Part shown: in pieces, positions 1 to 15,104 of the stretch | How the letters are laid out: the number at the start of each line of letters is the position of its first letter | Position numbering within the stretch: position 1 is the stretch's first letter | Source of the DNA: Octopus sinensis | Lineage: Eukaryota | Length of the DNA stretch: 64,000 nt | Direction: 5' to 3' | NCBI RefSeq assembly: GCF_006345805.1 | Contig: NC_042999.1 | Span: forward strand, 31,434,001 to 31,498,000 | Notes under the pieces: model-generated | Database searches by the model: none | What the model was told of the DNA's origin: nothing | What the model saw: the letters and a program-made list of their open reading frames with translations, nothing else | Program-made: the position numbers and the translations under genes

Positions 1-2096
1 AAGTTCACCGTAAATACTCAGATTACATCATTGAGGAACGTGACGAAAGGATTTCTTAAGGTATTTGTGAGTCGTTCTGATGTCAAGCAAATACTTTATT
101 TGCTAGATACATCAGAGTTACATATTCATGCTGGACAATGGTATATAGACACATGCCACGTGTACGTTTAATTTCAGATAAATTAGGGATAAAACTGCAG
201 TGCATTTTGAACTAAGTGGCAAAGGAGAAACCCGAAATCTTTGAATTCAAACAATTTTCACTTCTTTAATTTTTTTCTACCGCCCACTCGAATATAATTT
301 TTCATAACAACCCATCTTTAAAGAAAAATAGAAAACAACGAAAGCAAGCTAATAAATAAGTTATAGCAAATTAATGATTTAGTACTTAAATGTGCCTTTG
401 TTGTCCATCTCCACTTCACGATGTGTATATTTAACATTTTCTCACAACCGAACAACATTATACGCCATAATTGTAATAATCGGTGTATTTTATGGCGGCA
501 TTCAAGTAGCTAATGGGATAATTGCAATAAACTAGAAATTAAAAAGAGCCAACTATTAAGCATTATCAGTGTGAACAAACAGCTATATAGAAGTGTTAAA
601 AAAAACACAGTGAATCTAAAACGTTACATTTAAATTGACATTTTAAATTTGGACAAGGCAACTAGAAAAAAGTAACAGAGAGGATAAAAAGTAACAAGAT
701 TCACATTTTAATTCCTTACAAGACAGCATCAACTTCAAAATAGCTATCTCAAATAATAATTTATTTTCTAAATGTCATGTTTTCAGTGAATATTAAAAAT
801 AGAAAGATTATCTAAATATTAATGTCTGTTTCTCATCATCATCATCTGTCATACACACAAACACACATAGGTATGTACACACACAAATGCATACATACAT
901 GTACATATATATATGTATATATAAAGGCATACACATATACGTACACACACGCACACATATACATACATACATACAGACAGACAGTCAGACAGACGTGCAA
1001 TCAGTATTCGTGCATTTTCGCTTTTGTCGGTTTTCTGTTAAGTTATATAGAAAACATATGTAAGATGAAAATTTACATGAAAGAAAACCATAAAATAAAC
1101 TTAGTTTCTTCCGAAAGCGACCAGATGAAAGCAAAAAGATATTTCCCATTATTCACTTCCTTGATTGGTTTTCGAGTTATTTCCTTCAAATCTAAATACA
1201 GTTTAATATTACACTTTTCTGCCGCCTGTAATAAGTGGACAATTCCACGGTGTGGAATATTTAACAGTTCAAGAAGTGACCTGTTACAAGTTTAATTTCT
1301 TTTTTCTGTCACCTATGGTTTTTTATGAAGAATCGCGGAACCAACGACACATTTTGTTCATGGTTTAAATTAATGGTTTTGTATAATGTAACAGGGAGAG
1401 CCTGTTAGACTAGACCAGTTAACAGCTAAGTGGTTTTGGTCAAAGCTAGTCATACAACTGTCTATCTTACTTTAAATACAAACATAGCTAACGAAGGCAT
1501 CGTGTTGTTCTACCTACTTATTTTATATATTTCAATTTACTTAAGTGATATATAGTTTTTTTTAAATTTCCAGACAAGAGAAAAATGAAAGAAAATGAAC
1601 TTTAGGCCATGCAAAATAACGGAGGAACTACACTGACGACTATACTTTTTAGTTTGTCTGGCGTCGACTTATTATTTGTCGTGACACCTTGTCTTTTAAA
1701 TCATAAATGTTCGAGACGACCACCCAGGGAGAAGTTAAATTGTTTCGTGTATGTGTGTGTGTGTTTTAAGCGCTACGCATGTGCGTTTGGGAAAAAACGT
1801 AGAACGAAAATCAAAAAAGAACGCAAGCGAATATCTACGAAAGATAAACAGAGCAACAAACAAAAATACAATCAGGAACGTAAGATCAAAGGAATTCGAA
1901 ACTTGGCCATCAATCTCTTAAATGACATAACAAAACAACAAACAAACGAACAAAAAAGTATTTTCTTTGAGAGAAATTGTGGATCATGTGACTCAAGTAA
2001 TTATTCAAAACATATGGTCACGTGGTGTAATTGAAAACTTGTTCTTAATCTGTTACCGAGTTTAGGAGTTACAGCTATACTCTTTCTCACACACGC

Positions 2097-2147
<51 letters not shown>

Positions 2148-2376
2148 AACACACACCATTATATCTACATGTTGGCATGTTAATGAGTAGGTTATACATT
2201 TGTAAAACAAACAAAATGCCTAGAATTCTTGTTTACAGATATGTAATCACTAATGATAAAGAAACTTGCCATAGTTACCATAGTTATCCAATTATATTTA
2301 CCCACTGATACTGTTTAAGTTTTCAATTGTCGTGTCTTTGGTAAATATAATGTCCATTTATATCTTAGTGCGCGTC

Positions 2377-2407
<31 letters not shown>

Positions 2408-2408
<1 letters not shown>

Positions 2409-2620
2409 GTCGGCGAGCTGGCAGAAACGTTAGTACGCCGGGTGAAATGTTTTGCGGTATTACGTCTGCCGTTAAATTCTAAGTTCAAATTCCGCCGAGG
2501 TCGACTTGCCTTTGATTCCTTCGGAGTCGATAAAATTAGTACCAGTTACACACTGGGGTCGATGTAATCGACTTTATCCCTTCTCCGAAATTTAAGGCCT
2601 TGAGCTTCCAGTAGAAATGA
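2408..2620 (+). mobile_element. tRNA-headed SINE, family B (Meta-domain-like central region)
   Basis: Head ggcgagctggcagaaacgttag (A-box-like) and gttcaaattcc (B-box-like), central gcctttgattccttcggagtcgataaa..agtaccag. Embedded in (ATT)n. Matches other copies at 12401, 15549, 17742 and 62-63 kb. Confidence 0.85.
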
Positions 2621-2648
2621 TTATTGTTATTATTAGTAGTAGTATTAA

Positions 2649-2717
2649 GGCGGCGAATTGGCAGAATAGTTAGCACGCTGCACGAAATGCTTAGTGGTAT
2701 TTCACCGGTCGCTATGT
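2649..2717 (+). mobile_element. SINE family B head fragment
   Basis: ggcggcgaattggcagaatagttagcacgc...gaaatgcttagtggtatttc is a second head just after the preceding copy's tail. Confidence 0.7.
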
Positions 2718-3011
2718 ACAGAGATATGGAAAAGAAAGGACCCGCTAGTTATATACTCTTTCGTGGGCTGATAAGATAATGTACAGCAATGACACTCTAT
2801 CTGCAACATTTACAGGTTAATGAGTCTAGAGGACACAAGGGATCTCGTTAAAATGTTTACAACTTTCTAACCACGATTAGTAGTAGACAAGGAAGAATTC
2901 TAATACTGTTATTGTTTCTATTTGTGAGAATCTAATCAATCATGGATGCAATGCAGTGACAATGAAATATCGAAGCTAGATTTCAGACACAACTTGCTGT
3001 TTATTTCTTTA

Positions 3012-3059
3012 AGCCATTAAAACTATTAGCCATTAAAACTATTAGCCATTAAAACTATT
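3012..3059. repeat. 16-bp tandem repeat x3 (agccattaaaactatt)
   Basis: Three exact units read directly. Confidence 0.9.
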
Positions 3060-3989
3060 AAAAACTTAACCACCATAGAACAGAAAATTATATTGGTTTT
3101 ATTGTGAAGGTTTCAGGCTATTTTGACCTTGCCTTCAATAGAGTCATAGCTATTGTACAAAATTCTCAGAATCGAGAATTTTTTAACATTGTGTTATCAA
3201 AATCCAGCATGTATACTGACTTCTACAATGTTTTTATTATCCCATTGTTGATCTTGATATTTTTCTAGAAAGATTTGCACATATGTGATGTCCCCGAAGG
3301 ATAGATATGCTTTCGAACGTTGAGCTGATACTACATCGACGACAGGGCCTAAGAATGACCTCCGACATATCTGTAGTTTAAAGTATTTTGACCTTAGAAC
3401 ATTTGAACGTATCGTCAGTTATTTGAATGCAAGAAAAGACTGTGTAGGTTATCATATTTATCTTCACTGTAATACCGTCGTGTCACACTTTTATTTCCAG
3501 ACTATAGCTATATATCAAAAACGTTCACTTGTCAATCATAATCTTAAAAACTATATTCAAGTTAAATAATATACTAGAGAAATGTTTTAGAGATGTTGAT
3601 AAACTTTTCAATAAACTATATCTATAAAAACAGTTACCTTTCTTGATAAACAAAAAAAAAAACATTACTCGCGCAACCATATTGTGAGAACACATTCCCT
3701 TTGGTATATATATAGGTGTTGATAATACATTTGAAAAGTTACAATATTTATTCTTTCACTTCAGTCACCAATGACCTCTTAACCATAAGACATTATAATC
3801 AAAAGAACATTTTACAACAAACAGAAACTTATTTAATAAACTTAGTCACATAAGCACAATATTTATCTCAGAGAGAAAGAGAGTATTTGCGTTAGAGTGC
3901 GCATGGATGTGTGTGTTTATTCGTGCGAGTGTTTGTGTGATGCAGCTCATTTCTCAAAGGATTAGATGTGACAGATTTCAAGAGTGTTT

Positions 3990-4962
<973 letters not shown>

Positions 4963-5036
4963 ATATATATATATATATATTTTTTTTTTTTTTATTGTTT
5001 ATTAATATATCACGTAGACGTTTAAGCATGAATATA

Positions 5037-6269
5037 CTGGGTCACCCCATAAATAATGCTATTTTTCAATTGCATGAACTAAAAGTAGGAGGGAGACGAG
5101 ATAAACTACCCGCATCAACTTCCTATACAAATGAGTAGTAATTTTTATCTTGTCGTCTGCAAGGTTTGAAGCGTGCAGTTCCATTTTAACAGTTAATTTT
5201 TCAAAACTAAATTAGAAGTAACAAAGAAGCATATTCGGAGTATTTTGCTTTACGAGCAATGAAGGCAAGAAAGCAACGGAAAGTGCGAGGAATATTAATG
5301 TAGTATATGAGGATCGGACAACAAGCGCGAGCCAGCTTCAAGGGTGGGTCCGATCCGGAAATTAAAGCCTAGAAGACGAGCCTCGTCCTCGTAGATCTGA
5401 AGAGCTCGACAAAGACGTCCTGCAAACGCTGATGGAAAAAAATCTGATCGTAACTGTTGAGGAACCAGCAGATAAACTTGGGTTTGTTTATTCAACTATT
5501 TATCGACACTTGCGTGCCATGGGAAAAGTCAGCATATTCGGTCAATAGATTCCTCACAAACTTTCCCAGTATAATCGCGTACAGAGTGTGAATATGTACA
5601 CTTCTTCGAATGAAGCTTTTATTTCGACCGAATAGCGACTGGTGACGAGAAATGGGTTCTCTATAAAAATGACAAGCGCCGAAGACAGTGGGTAGGGAAA
5701 GGAGAAACACCGGCACCCCAGGATAAAATTCTTCACCCACTTAAGGTTTTTGTTCTCTGTTTCGTAGGATATGAAAGGTTTAGTCAACTTTGAACTTTTA
5801 AAACAAAACCAAACGATATCAAATGAGATCTGCTCCGAGCAGCTTGAGCGGTTTAAGTCTGCACTAGAAGAAACATGGCCATCTTTGGTTTCACAACGAA
5901 AGGTGTTTTCCATTAGGATAATGCTCGACCACATACAGAGATGATATTCCAAAAGTTGGAGCAGTTTAAATGGGAAACGATGCCCTTGCCTATCATATTC
6001 GCCAGACATTGACCCGTCTGATTATCACTTATTCCGCAGTCTTGACGATCATTTGGACGGCAAAAAATATGAATTGCTTAGACAAGGCCCGAACAGTACT
6101 GGAGAAGTATTTTTCGTCACAAGTGAATTTTGGAAGAGAGGCTTTGAAAGTCTTCCAGATTGATGGAAGAAATGAAAGAAAGTATATTTTAGATTAAATA
6201 AGAACTTTATTTAAATTCTTAAAAATAAACAGGAATGAACAAATCCGCCTTATTTATGGGATGATCCAA
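5037..6269 (+). mobile_element. Mariner DNA transposon, full length but decayed
   Basis: Imperfect ~25-bp TIRs (tactgggtcaccccataaataatgc vs revcomp tattggatcatcccataaataaggc), flanking TA, ~1.23 kb. Frameshifted transposase motifs GDEKWVLYKN (5641), H*DNARPH and SYSPDIDPSDYHLFRSL. Confidence 0.9.
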
Positions 6270-6526
6270 TATATATCTATCAGCTCACACACAAATATTC
6301 TATTATAAACGCACATATATACGCAGTGATATGAATTTACATATAATAATAGGTTTATATACATAGCTCCACATACGCGCGTATGATAATCTGTAAGTCG
6401 CATAACAGTCACAATTTGCAACATTCTAGCTTTCTGTAAAGTCTACTATATTACACTACATTATTGGATGGCATTCTTCTTCGAGATAGTTTTACATTGA
6501 CCTGTTGCACTATCTTGTGTATATAT

Positions 6527-6588
<62 letters not shown>

Positions 6589-8335
6589 GATCCTGTTTAC
6601 TTTTAATTTCCGTTGTTTCCCTTAACGTTATTATTTTTCTATCAAGCTATCAAGCTACGAAGTCGCACACATTGTAATTGAGAACAGTTCACAATAAACC
6701 ATACACACACACACCATGTATGTCTGCAATGCGTTGTGTGTGTGTGTCTGCGTGTGTGTGTCTGTGTGTGCGTGTGTGCAAATATACGCACAAACATAAC
6801 CTATGTCGCCATGTTTATTTTGTAACCAGAAGTCAATTGCTATCTGCTGCTGTAGAAAAAATCCGGATTCTTTGCGAACCGATATCCCAATAATTATAAA
6901 CAAACAGTTCGATATATTACTTAGTACATAGCATATGTTATCACACCGCTGGTGTGAAGCAATGAATTCTAGTTTAGATGATTGATTAAAGTGAAACAAT
7001 ATCTCTCACAAACGGTTCTGTTTTCATTTTTATCACTCTCCTACCCTTTTGCCTGATATCAAATCGACAAAAAAAAAGCAATAACCAAAAAAAAAAAATC
7101 GTATAACAACACATGAAAGCGCTTCAAGAGAACCATGTTATTTATCAGGTACTCCTGTGACAATGTTATATAAACTTGATTTTTCTACTATATTTCTGTT
7201 TTGTGCATTTTTTTTTTGGAACATTCGCTATTTTGGTTTTACTTAATCTTGTTAAATGTTAGATAAGGTTTATCGTTTTATGTAGTTGGTAATATTATTA
7301 TCATCATTGTTATTATTCAAATTACTTTTTTCAGTTTGTTGTTGGTGTTAAATGATGGATGTCTTTCATTTCTGTTGTTTTGTGATATTTTATGCATATA
7401 TATTCGTAACTCTAAATAAATTGTTCTTTTCGATTTCTTTTTTTACCTTTATACGTAATTGTACACTTTATCTTTCACTGAATTTCACCCTGACACTAAT
7501 TTATTCACTTTCACTTTCACAATATACATATATGTATATGTATGTACGCATATGATATTTCTCTATATTTTTATGTATATTTCTCTCTGCTATTATATCC
7601 CATTTTATATAACGATATAACTATCAATGTTATTTTTTTTTTTTTATTTCAACTTAACTTTATTATTTTGTTCCTATTTTTGTAACGTATGCATATGTGC
7701 TGCTGAAACAACAAGTGCTCCATAAGCACGAGCTTCTTAGATCAATTCATTGTACGTATCATCCTCAGCAACACATCGGTCTTTCTAATCTCATGCTCTT
7801 TCGCCTAAAACACAAACACACATATATGTAAAAACATATATTCAGCTGTTTGTAACCGCTGACGTATTTTACATGGATATATGTAGATACACATAACATA
7901 TCTAGATCGACAGTTAGATACAGACAGATGTGTTAAATACTTATTGTGGAGTGGATCTGGAATCACACATAAAGCTATGAATAATAGCACCTAAATATTG
8001 TTGAGTTGGAACATATAAAGTAGAAGGCAACCTGTGAAACACGAGCCAAACTTTTCTGTAGACATAAATGGACTTGTTTTAAGGAAGTACGTGGAATTTA
8101 TTTTAATCCATTTCTAAAAAAAAAAACAATTCTTAGAAGAAAAAATAATATGTTTTCTACGGCATAAGAATTTTATAAAATGTTTAAAGAATGTGACTGA
8201 ATTGAGTTTTGGAATGGATCTCGAAGCACACAGAATGCTATAAGTAATTTTATCTTATTTGTACTTCCAGACCCATTTCAGAAAGCAATTATTTCATGTT
8301 CTATCGAACATTTATAAAATTATTCTAACGTCTCA

Positions 8336-8375
<40 letters not shown>

Positions 8376-11300
8376 ATTCATTCTCCTTACCAACTTTTTC
8401 TGCCTATGGTGTTACAGAAAGGGAATAGAGAATATGATTGACATATTTTCAAACGTATATTTGGGCCTTATATCAAACGAAATTTCGTTTTAGTCGGAGA
8501 ACGTAACTGCACAGATTCGTCACTTAGCTAAACTTATTATCTCGCTATAAGATAATGGTAAAGACAACAGTTTTACTATAAACAACCATCTGAGTATACC
8601 AACTCCACTTCTGCATTGATGTTTGATATAATTTGTCTTCGCATCATTAATACCCATGGGAAATGTATGGAAACTAGAAATTGTCATATCTCCCTCATGG
8701 TTATTGTTCTATTATAAATCTAAGCAATAATTTTAATAAGAACTAATACGCGTCATTTAGGCGTCAGATTATTTTCATAGATTTCAGGATTTTTTTGTTG
8801 GTGTTCTTTTGTAGGAAATTGGGGTGTTGACTACATCGAGTGTAGTTTATACAAAAAAGGAAAGTTAGATTTATCTAAGAGATCGGTGCCTATTAATGAT
8901 ATTGCGATTCATTAATGCCATTTCTTAGAGTCAATGCTATTTACTGGAACCATTCGCAACCAATTCGTCTTAAAATATTAACATGTTATGTCAAATTTTG
9001 AAAAGATTGATATAAGCAACTTAGTTTGAGGAATTAAAAACGGAGCTAGAAGAAACTAGGAACCAATTTATTTGTTTAAAATCACAATATGTAAACAATA
9101 TGGTAGGTCTTCGAATGGTCTCAAGAAGCTTGCGTCTTTGTTTTGTTCTCTATTCTGGAATTGAGAAAAGAAGTCATAGGTAATTTTTCAAATTTCTAAA
9201 ATGAAAAAATATAATAGAAGGAAAGAAGAGCGAAGGTGGAATTGAATTATTGCAAATAATTTGCAACTTATTCAATTCTGGTGTTTGACCAGATAAGAGG
9301 ATTCGCATATGTGAATGTTTGAAAAGATTGTTTGACACAAACACATACACACACATACACACACACGAATATGTACACATACATACAGAAACCCATTTAT
9401 ATGAAGGTTTCAGAAAAGTTCTCATTTACCAGGTTCCTTTGGTGAACTGTAACTTAAAGCATTTGAGTGTCCAGTAAGACAAACAAGATTTTATAACCAC
9501 ATTCATCTTTCAACGATATAATACTTATTTGGCTTCATAATTCATGCTCATCCCGAAACAATCAACACGTAACTCTTTAAGAGACCCTTCAATAGTCTTG
9601 AAAATCTCACAAAATTTATTATCATATAATTCTTTGGCCAATAGACATTTTGAAAAGGATGACCTATTTGTCGGTACTTTGACATGCCATTGCGAGAGAA
9701 AATGAACTTCGATTTATCAGCCTCTCATCTTTCTTCCACAACTGTTTTTTCATCCTGTGATGCGAGCAAATTTTATGCCTCAGGCTTATGATTTGAAGGA
9801 GGTTTGGAATGTAATTTTAAGCACCGCTAAAACAACAGGATTCAGTCTCTTTTATGATCCCAGCATGAACAAATATCGTACTTTTGTAAGATGCAACTCT
9901 TGTTGAATTGCCTGTTATCTTTTTTTGACAAATAAACGAGCACTATTCTTATGAACATGTATTCGTCTAAAAGAAATAAAACAAGTTGTACAGGAGGTAA
10001 GACATCTTAAGGATGCTTTTTCTGACCAACCAAATTTAAATTTGTACGATTTTATTGTTTAATGTTCTGTACTAATGAACAGACTGGCTGAAACACTACT
10101 TATCAAACTTCAAATCCTTCGAGTTTTGAAATTTCCATTCCACCGTCTAGGATTAATACAGTAAAATACCAGGCAAGTACCAAATATTAGAGTAATATTA
10201 GAGTATTCAGAAAAATTCGAAGATTATGTTTGTGGATTAGTTTAGCGGAAGGCTCTTTCATATTCTTTAACGTATCTCAGATTATAATGCTTTTTCAATT
10301 AGCTGAAATATTAGAGAACCTCACTTACTTCAACAGCATAATACAAATTTTAGTAATGTTACCATTAGAACAAACAACATAAAAAGTGAAATATGTATAT
10401 GAATAAACAATATAAATTAAATAAGAAAAATAAAGCAAAAGAAAACAGAAATAAAGTAATAACGAAATAAAAAAACTGATAAAATAAATAAAAGATGAAA
10501 ATAGAATAGATAGAAAGAAAATATTTTTTTTAAAAAGCTATATAAATAAAACCGACTAACAGAGTGTAAGAGAGTTACGAAATTAACTCCAAATACGAGA
10601 GAAAGAAAAGCATATTTATATAGAGAGAAAAATGGTTGGAACCAAACCATTGTCATGTTTAGTAATACTATCGATGAGAGCAGTTAAAGCTCGTAGTTAC
10701 AAAAACAATTGCTTATAAGTAACGATAGGAAACATCAGTACCGTGTTATTCAATCAATGAAATTAACTAAAAAATATCTTTGCATGTTCAAAAATAAAAA
10801 GTATATAGACACAGAATTTATTTCTCCAATTCTATCAATATTATACAATCTTTTGTATAATATCGAACGAAATGAAGAAAGAAAGAAGACAGAATTATGA
10901 CAACTTAAAGAGATTGTTTCCAAAATGGTAACTACTTTTAGCTTAGATATTGCCTATAATATAGACATGCTGTACAGAATTTTCTACTTGTTTCAGACTA
11001 AGGTTTGAGAATAATAGCATGATAATATAGCTAATGTTCAATACTAGGTTTTGAAATGTATAGATTGGTCATTAGCATAAATTTATGGTCATTACCATAA
11101 AACTGAAGTGTGTGTCACTTGTCATACCGGTTTGTTGTGTGAAGACAGTAAAATGGATCGTTTTCATATGTGAATTGGTTGTGTCTTTGAAATATCTTTG
11201 GCTTATATCTTTATTCATAGATACTGACGGAAGAGGAAATATCTTTACCAGAACTTGTATCTACATTGAAATTGAATGATTGACTGTTGGTCGAACGTGA

Positions 11301-11393
11301 GACAAAGTAAAGAAGAGAAAGAATATGAATGATGCCATTAACGCTGTTTTCATGAATGAGAGCATTTCCTCCTGTGTCTTCTACATTAAAGAG

Positions 11394-11394
<1 letters not shown>

Positions 11395-11466
<72 letters not shown>
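11395..11466. repeat. (GA)n microsatellite
   Basis: Direct reading; explains the ER/SL-repeat ORFs. Confidence 0.95.
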
Positions 11467-11468
<2 letters not shown>

Positions 11469-12400
11469 GGAGAAAATAAGTATGCGTCTCAGGTTGAACA
11501 TATTTATAGTATACATTTATATGAATCAACCAGAACAAAAAGTCAGCTTCCATGACCTTTGAAAGTAATTCCAGCCTGATTGTAACAATACCATTTAATG
11601 ATCACTTTGGACACTGTCCTACAAAGTTCTTTGTATGTGAAGTTTTATAAAATATGATAGTGTTTCTGTTGTTTGACCCCGGTGAACAGATTGGTGTTCA
11701 GATATGACCAAAGAGGCGCTCTCTGGAAATATCTTATCATTCAACTAGATACTGTGCGCTCAGGCCAATGTTCTATATTGTTTTTTTTTTTGTCTTTTTC
11801 ACCGATGCGTGGTTTGAATGAAATTACTAGCACTTCTACTAATCAGATACAGAGACAGTCTTATGAGATCGTTGACACTGTTAGGAAGAAATATAGATGC
11901 TTTAACGCCGGAAGTAGGCAAATGGAAACAATAGTTGATTAGTTGCCATTAATCTCCATATCGATCGATCGATCGAAGGAGGGAGAGAGAGAGAAGAGAG
12001 AGAGAGAGAGATAGAGAGAGAGAAATAGATAAACACATACAAACAGATAGTCAACAACTGCGGAATAGGTGCCGCTAACACCTACATCGTAAAACAAAGT
12101 CAGGGAATTCTGTTAGCCTCTCGGCATTATATATATGCAGAGAAAATGCATCAAACTGTAGTCGGAGCATGTAAAAACGGCCAGATAGCCTCCAGAAGTA
12201 TATTTCATAATCCGTTTTTTTTTTCTTATATAAGGTATAAGTGCACGAGGCATCAGTACATGAAACTGCATTACTTTTCTCCAGGGACATTCCGAGACCA
12301 AAGACAATTTTTACTAATAAATGGAGACCATATAAGTACTTGAATTCAAAGATTTCCTTGAAAATCGGTCTTGTCTGAAGATGCTCATGGGCACTCATAA

Positions 12401-12634
12401 CTATTTCTTTATTACCCACAAGGGGCTAAACACAGAGGGGACAAACAAGGACAGGCAAACGGATTAAATCGATTACATCGACCCCAGTGCATAACTGGTA
12501 CTTAATTTATCGACCCCGAAAGGATGAAAGGCAAAGTCAACCTCGGCGGAATTTGAACACAGAACGTAACGACAGACGAAATACGGGTACGTATTTCGCC
12601 CGGCGCGCTAATGTTTCTGCCAGCTCACCGCCTT
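12401..12634 (-). mobile_element. SINE family B, full length with 18-bp target-site duplication
   Basis: Flanked by gctcatgggcactcataa (12383-12400) and gcttatgggcactcataa (12635-12652), 17/18 identical. Confidence 0.9.
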
Positions 12635-12809
12635 GCTTATGGGCACTCATAAAATGGATTTCCATACAGTGCTTCTAAGCGTGTGTATGTGTGTGTATGA
12701 GGGTATAATTACAAACACGTGCATTCATAGAGCGGACAGTCTCAGTTACACAATTCAAAGCAAAAGTTGGACACTACATGTATAAGATCCAGCTCTATCT
12801 CTCTCCTCT

Positions 12810-12907
<98 letters not shown>

Positions 12908-12958
12908 AGAGAAGAGAGAGAGAGAGAGAGAGAATTGTGTACATTTAATCCAAGAGAA

Positions 12959-13208
12959 AACTAACTTTTAACAGGTAATTCTTACACGCTAGAAGAAGCA
13001 CCCAAAACGATCAAAACCGCATTTAATAGCAATTTTCGACAAAAATTTAAAATAAAAACTTTTACTTTGTTATTTTTTTTTTTCGGTTTTACCTAGGTTT
13101 TGAAATTGCTTTAGCAAATAAATTTTCTTCGAAAATTGCCATTAAATGTGGTTTGGTCGTATTAGCTGCTTCTTCTAGCATGTAAAATTTACCTGTTAAA
13201 GGGTAGTT
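12959..13208. mobile_element. Foldback/MITE-like element with ~90-bp inverted arms
   Basis: Left arm aactaacttttaacaggtaattcttacacgctagaagaagca... matches revcomp of right arm ...tgcttcttctagcatgtaaaatttacctgttaaagggtagtt at roughly 80%. No ORF. Confidence 0.75.
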
Positions 13209-13247
13209 TAAATGTAGACTATTTTATATTAAGTATATATTGTTTCT

Positions 13248-13639
13248 CTCTTTTACTCTTTTACTTGTTTCAGTCATTTGACTGCGGCCATGCTGGAGCA
13301 CCCATTTAATCGAGCAACTCGACCCCGGGACTTATTCTTTGTAAGCCCAGTACTTATTCTATCGGTCTCTTTTGCCGAACCGCTACGTGACGGGGACATA
13401 AACACACCAGCATCGGTTGTCAAGCAATGCTAGGGGGACAGACGCACAAACACACACACATACACATACATACATATATATACATATATTCGACGGGCTT
13501 CTATCTGTTTCCGTCTAGCAAATCCACTCAGAAGGCTTTGGTCGGCCCCAGGCTATAGTAGAAGACACTTGCCCAAGGTTCCACGCAATGGGACTGAACC
13601 CGGAACCATGTGGTTAGTAAACAAGCTACTTACCACACA
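13248..13639 (-). mobile_element. SINE family A copy
   Basis: Colinear with 4561-4962; head slightly truncated. Confidence 0.9.
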
Positions 13640-14877
13640 TACATGTTAGGCCACTGGTGGTGATATTTCTAAAGAATATTTGCTACCCTATATAGAAAGA
13701 GAGAGAGAGGAGTGATGACAAAGAAATAAACGAACGGCATATGAACTTTATTAGCTTACAGCTGTTTCCGTCGTATGATGAGGAAGACTCATAATGGAGT
13801 TCATGGGTAAAACCAGGATTTGTTGAAGCTGTAAAATGTTACTCATGCACTCAAATGTGCCCACCGCATCATATAACGGAAACAGCTGAAGTTTATGGGA
13901 TAAATGTTTGCTGAGTTCTTCATCAATTTATTAGTATAGCAATTATGTAGCTGTGTGTGTGTTCGCAACAAGGCTATGTGCATTATTTTTTACTAATAAG
14001 GAAGGGGTGATGAGGAAATAGCAAAATGACCAGACAATCACGTCAGAGGAACTGAGAATGATAGAGTAGTGAACTTCCTCACCGCCGTACAATCTTGCCT
14101 TTATACATATTGATAATCTCACACACCTAGAGAATCTCAGACACTAAATTACATGTGTGTGTGTGTGTGTGTTAGAGGAAGAAGGATATTAAGACGAAAT
14201 GAAGGATAGGCACATCGGTAGATTTTACACAAACTTTTTTTTCAAATGAATTAACAGAATAAACACGATGAATGAACAATGTCGGGGGATGAGCAGTAAG
14301 TAGAATAGTGTTCCCTGATGTAATTCATGTCACTGACAGCTACTAACCAACAGCTGGCTGGATAGTCTCAATAATAGGTTGAAGCATACACGTACATATA
14401 CACAAGTACGTACATGCATACACATACGCACGCACGCGCACACAGATGCACACACACACAAACACAAATATACGGAGTCAGACATAACACCCATACACTG
14501 AATCATTTGCCGCCAGCTATTACTCAGAATTGTTCATTAAATGCTGTACATTGTTCCTGTGAACCAGATTTCATTGAACCAAACTGACATAATGAATCAT
14601 TATTGTTGAAGTTTCCATCTAATTACAAAGCGGGTAAGATCAGAGGCTGAGCAATGACCCTGTATGACCTGTTGAATGTCACTTCTTTGCTCTGTCTGTC
14701 CAAATGACTCAGGCCTTTGCGCTGACACTTGTTTTAATTGAAGATAGAAAGAAAAAGAAAGGAAAATAAACCCTTCCTGAAATAACGCTTCATGTGAAGT
14801 TTGCTTGTGGTAAATAAAGCTAATACTTCCTCCTAATGTAATAGCAGGCTGACTTGTAAAATACAAATAGATAAGAT

Positions 14878-15062
14878 AGGTGCTGGAGTGGCTGTGTGGT
14901 AAGTAGCTTGCTTACAAACCACATGGTTCAGTGTTCAGTCCTACTCTGCGGCATCTTGGGCTAGTATCTTCTACTATAGCCTGGGGCCGACCAAAACCTT
15001 GTGAGTGGATTTGGTAGACGGAAACTGAAAGAAGCCCGTCGTATATATATATATATGTGTGT

Positions 15063-15104
<42 letters not shown>

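Noticed and set aside
8400-10290. Idea that the decayed frame uses a non-standard code (TAA/TAG=Gln, TGA=Trp) from a parasite or contaminant
   Set aside because: All three stop types occur, an alternative frame is equally open at ~8560-9050 (implying frameshifts), and host-type microsatellites interrupt it. Ordinary decay is simpler.
11221-11283. Possible small exon ILTEEEISLPELVSTLKLND after a tttattcatag acceptor
   Set aside because: Too short, no partner exons, no recognisable domain.
14655-14670. Nuclear-receptor DR4-like site (AGGTCA-N4-GGGTCA on the minus strand) with a nearby TGACTCA
   Set aside because: Short motifs expected by chance in 64 kb; no known target gene or conservation data.
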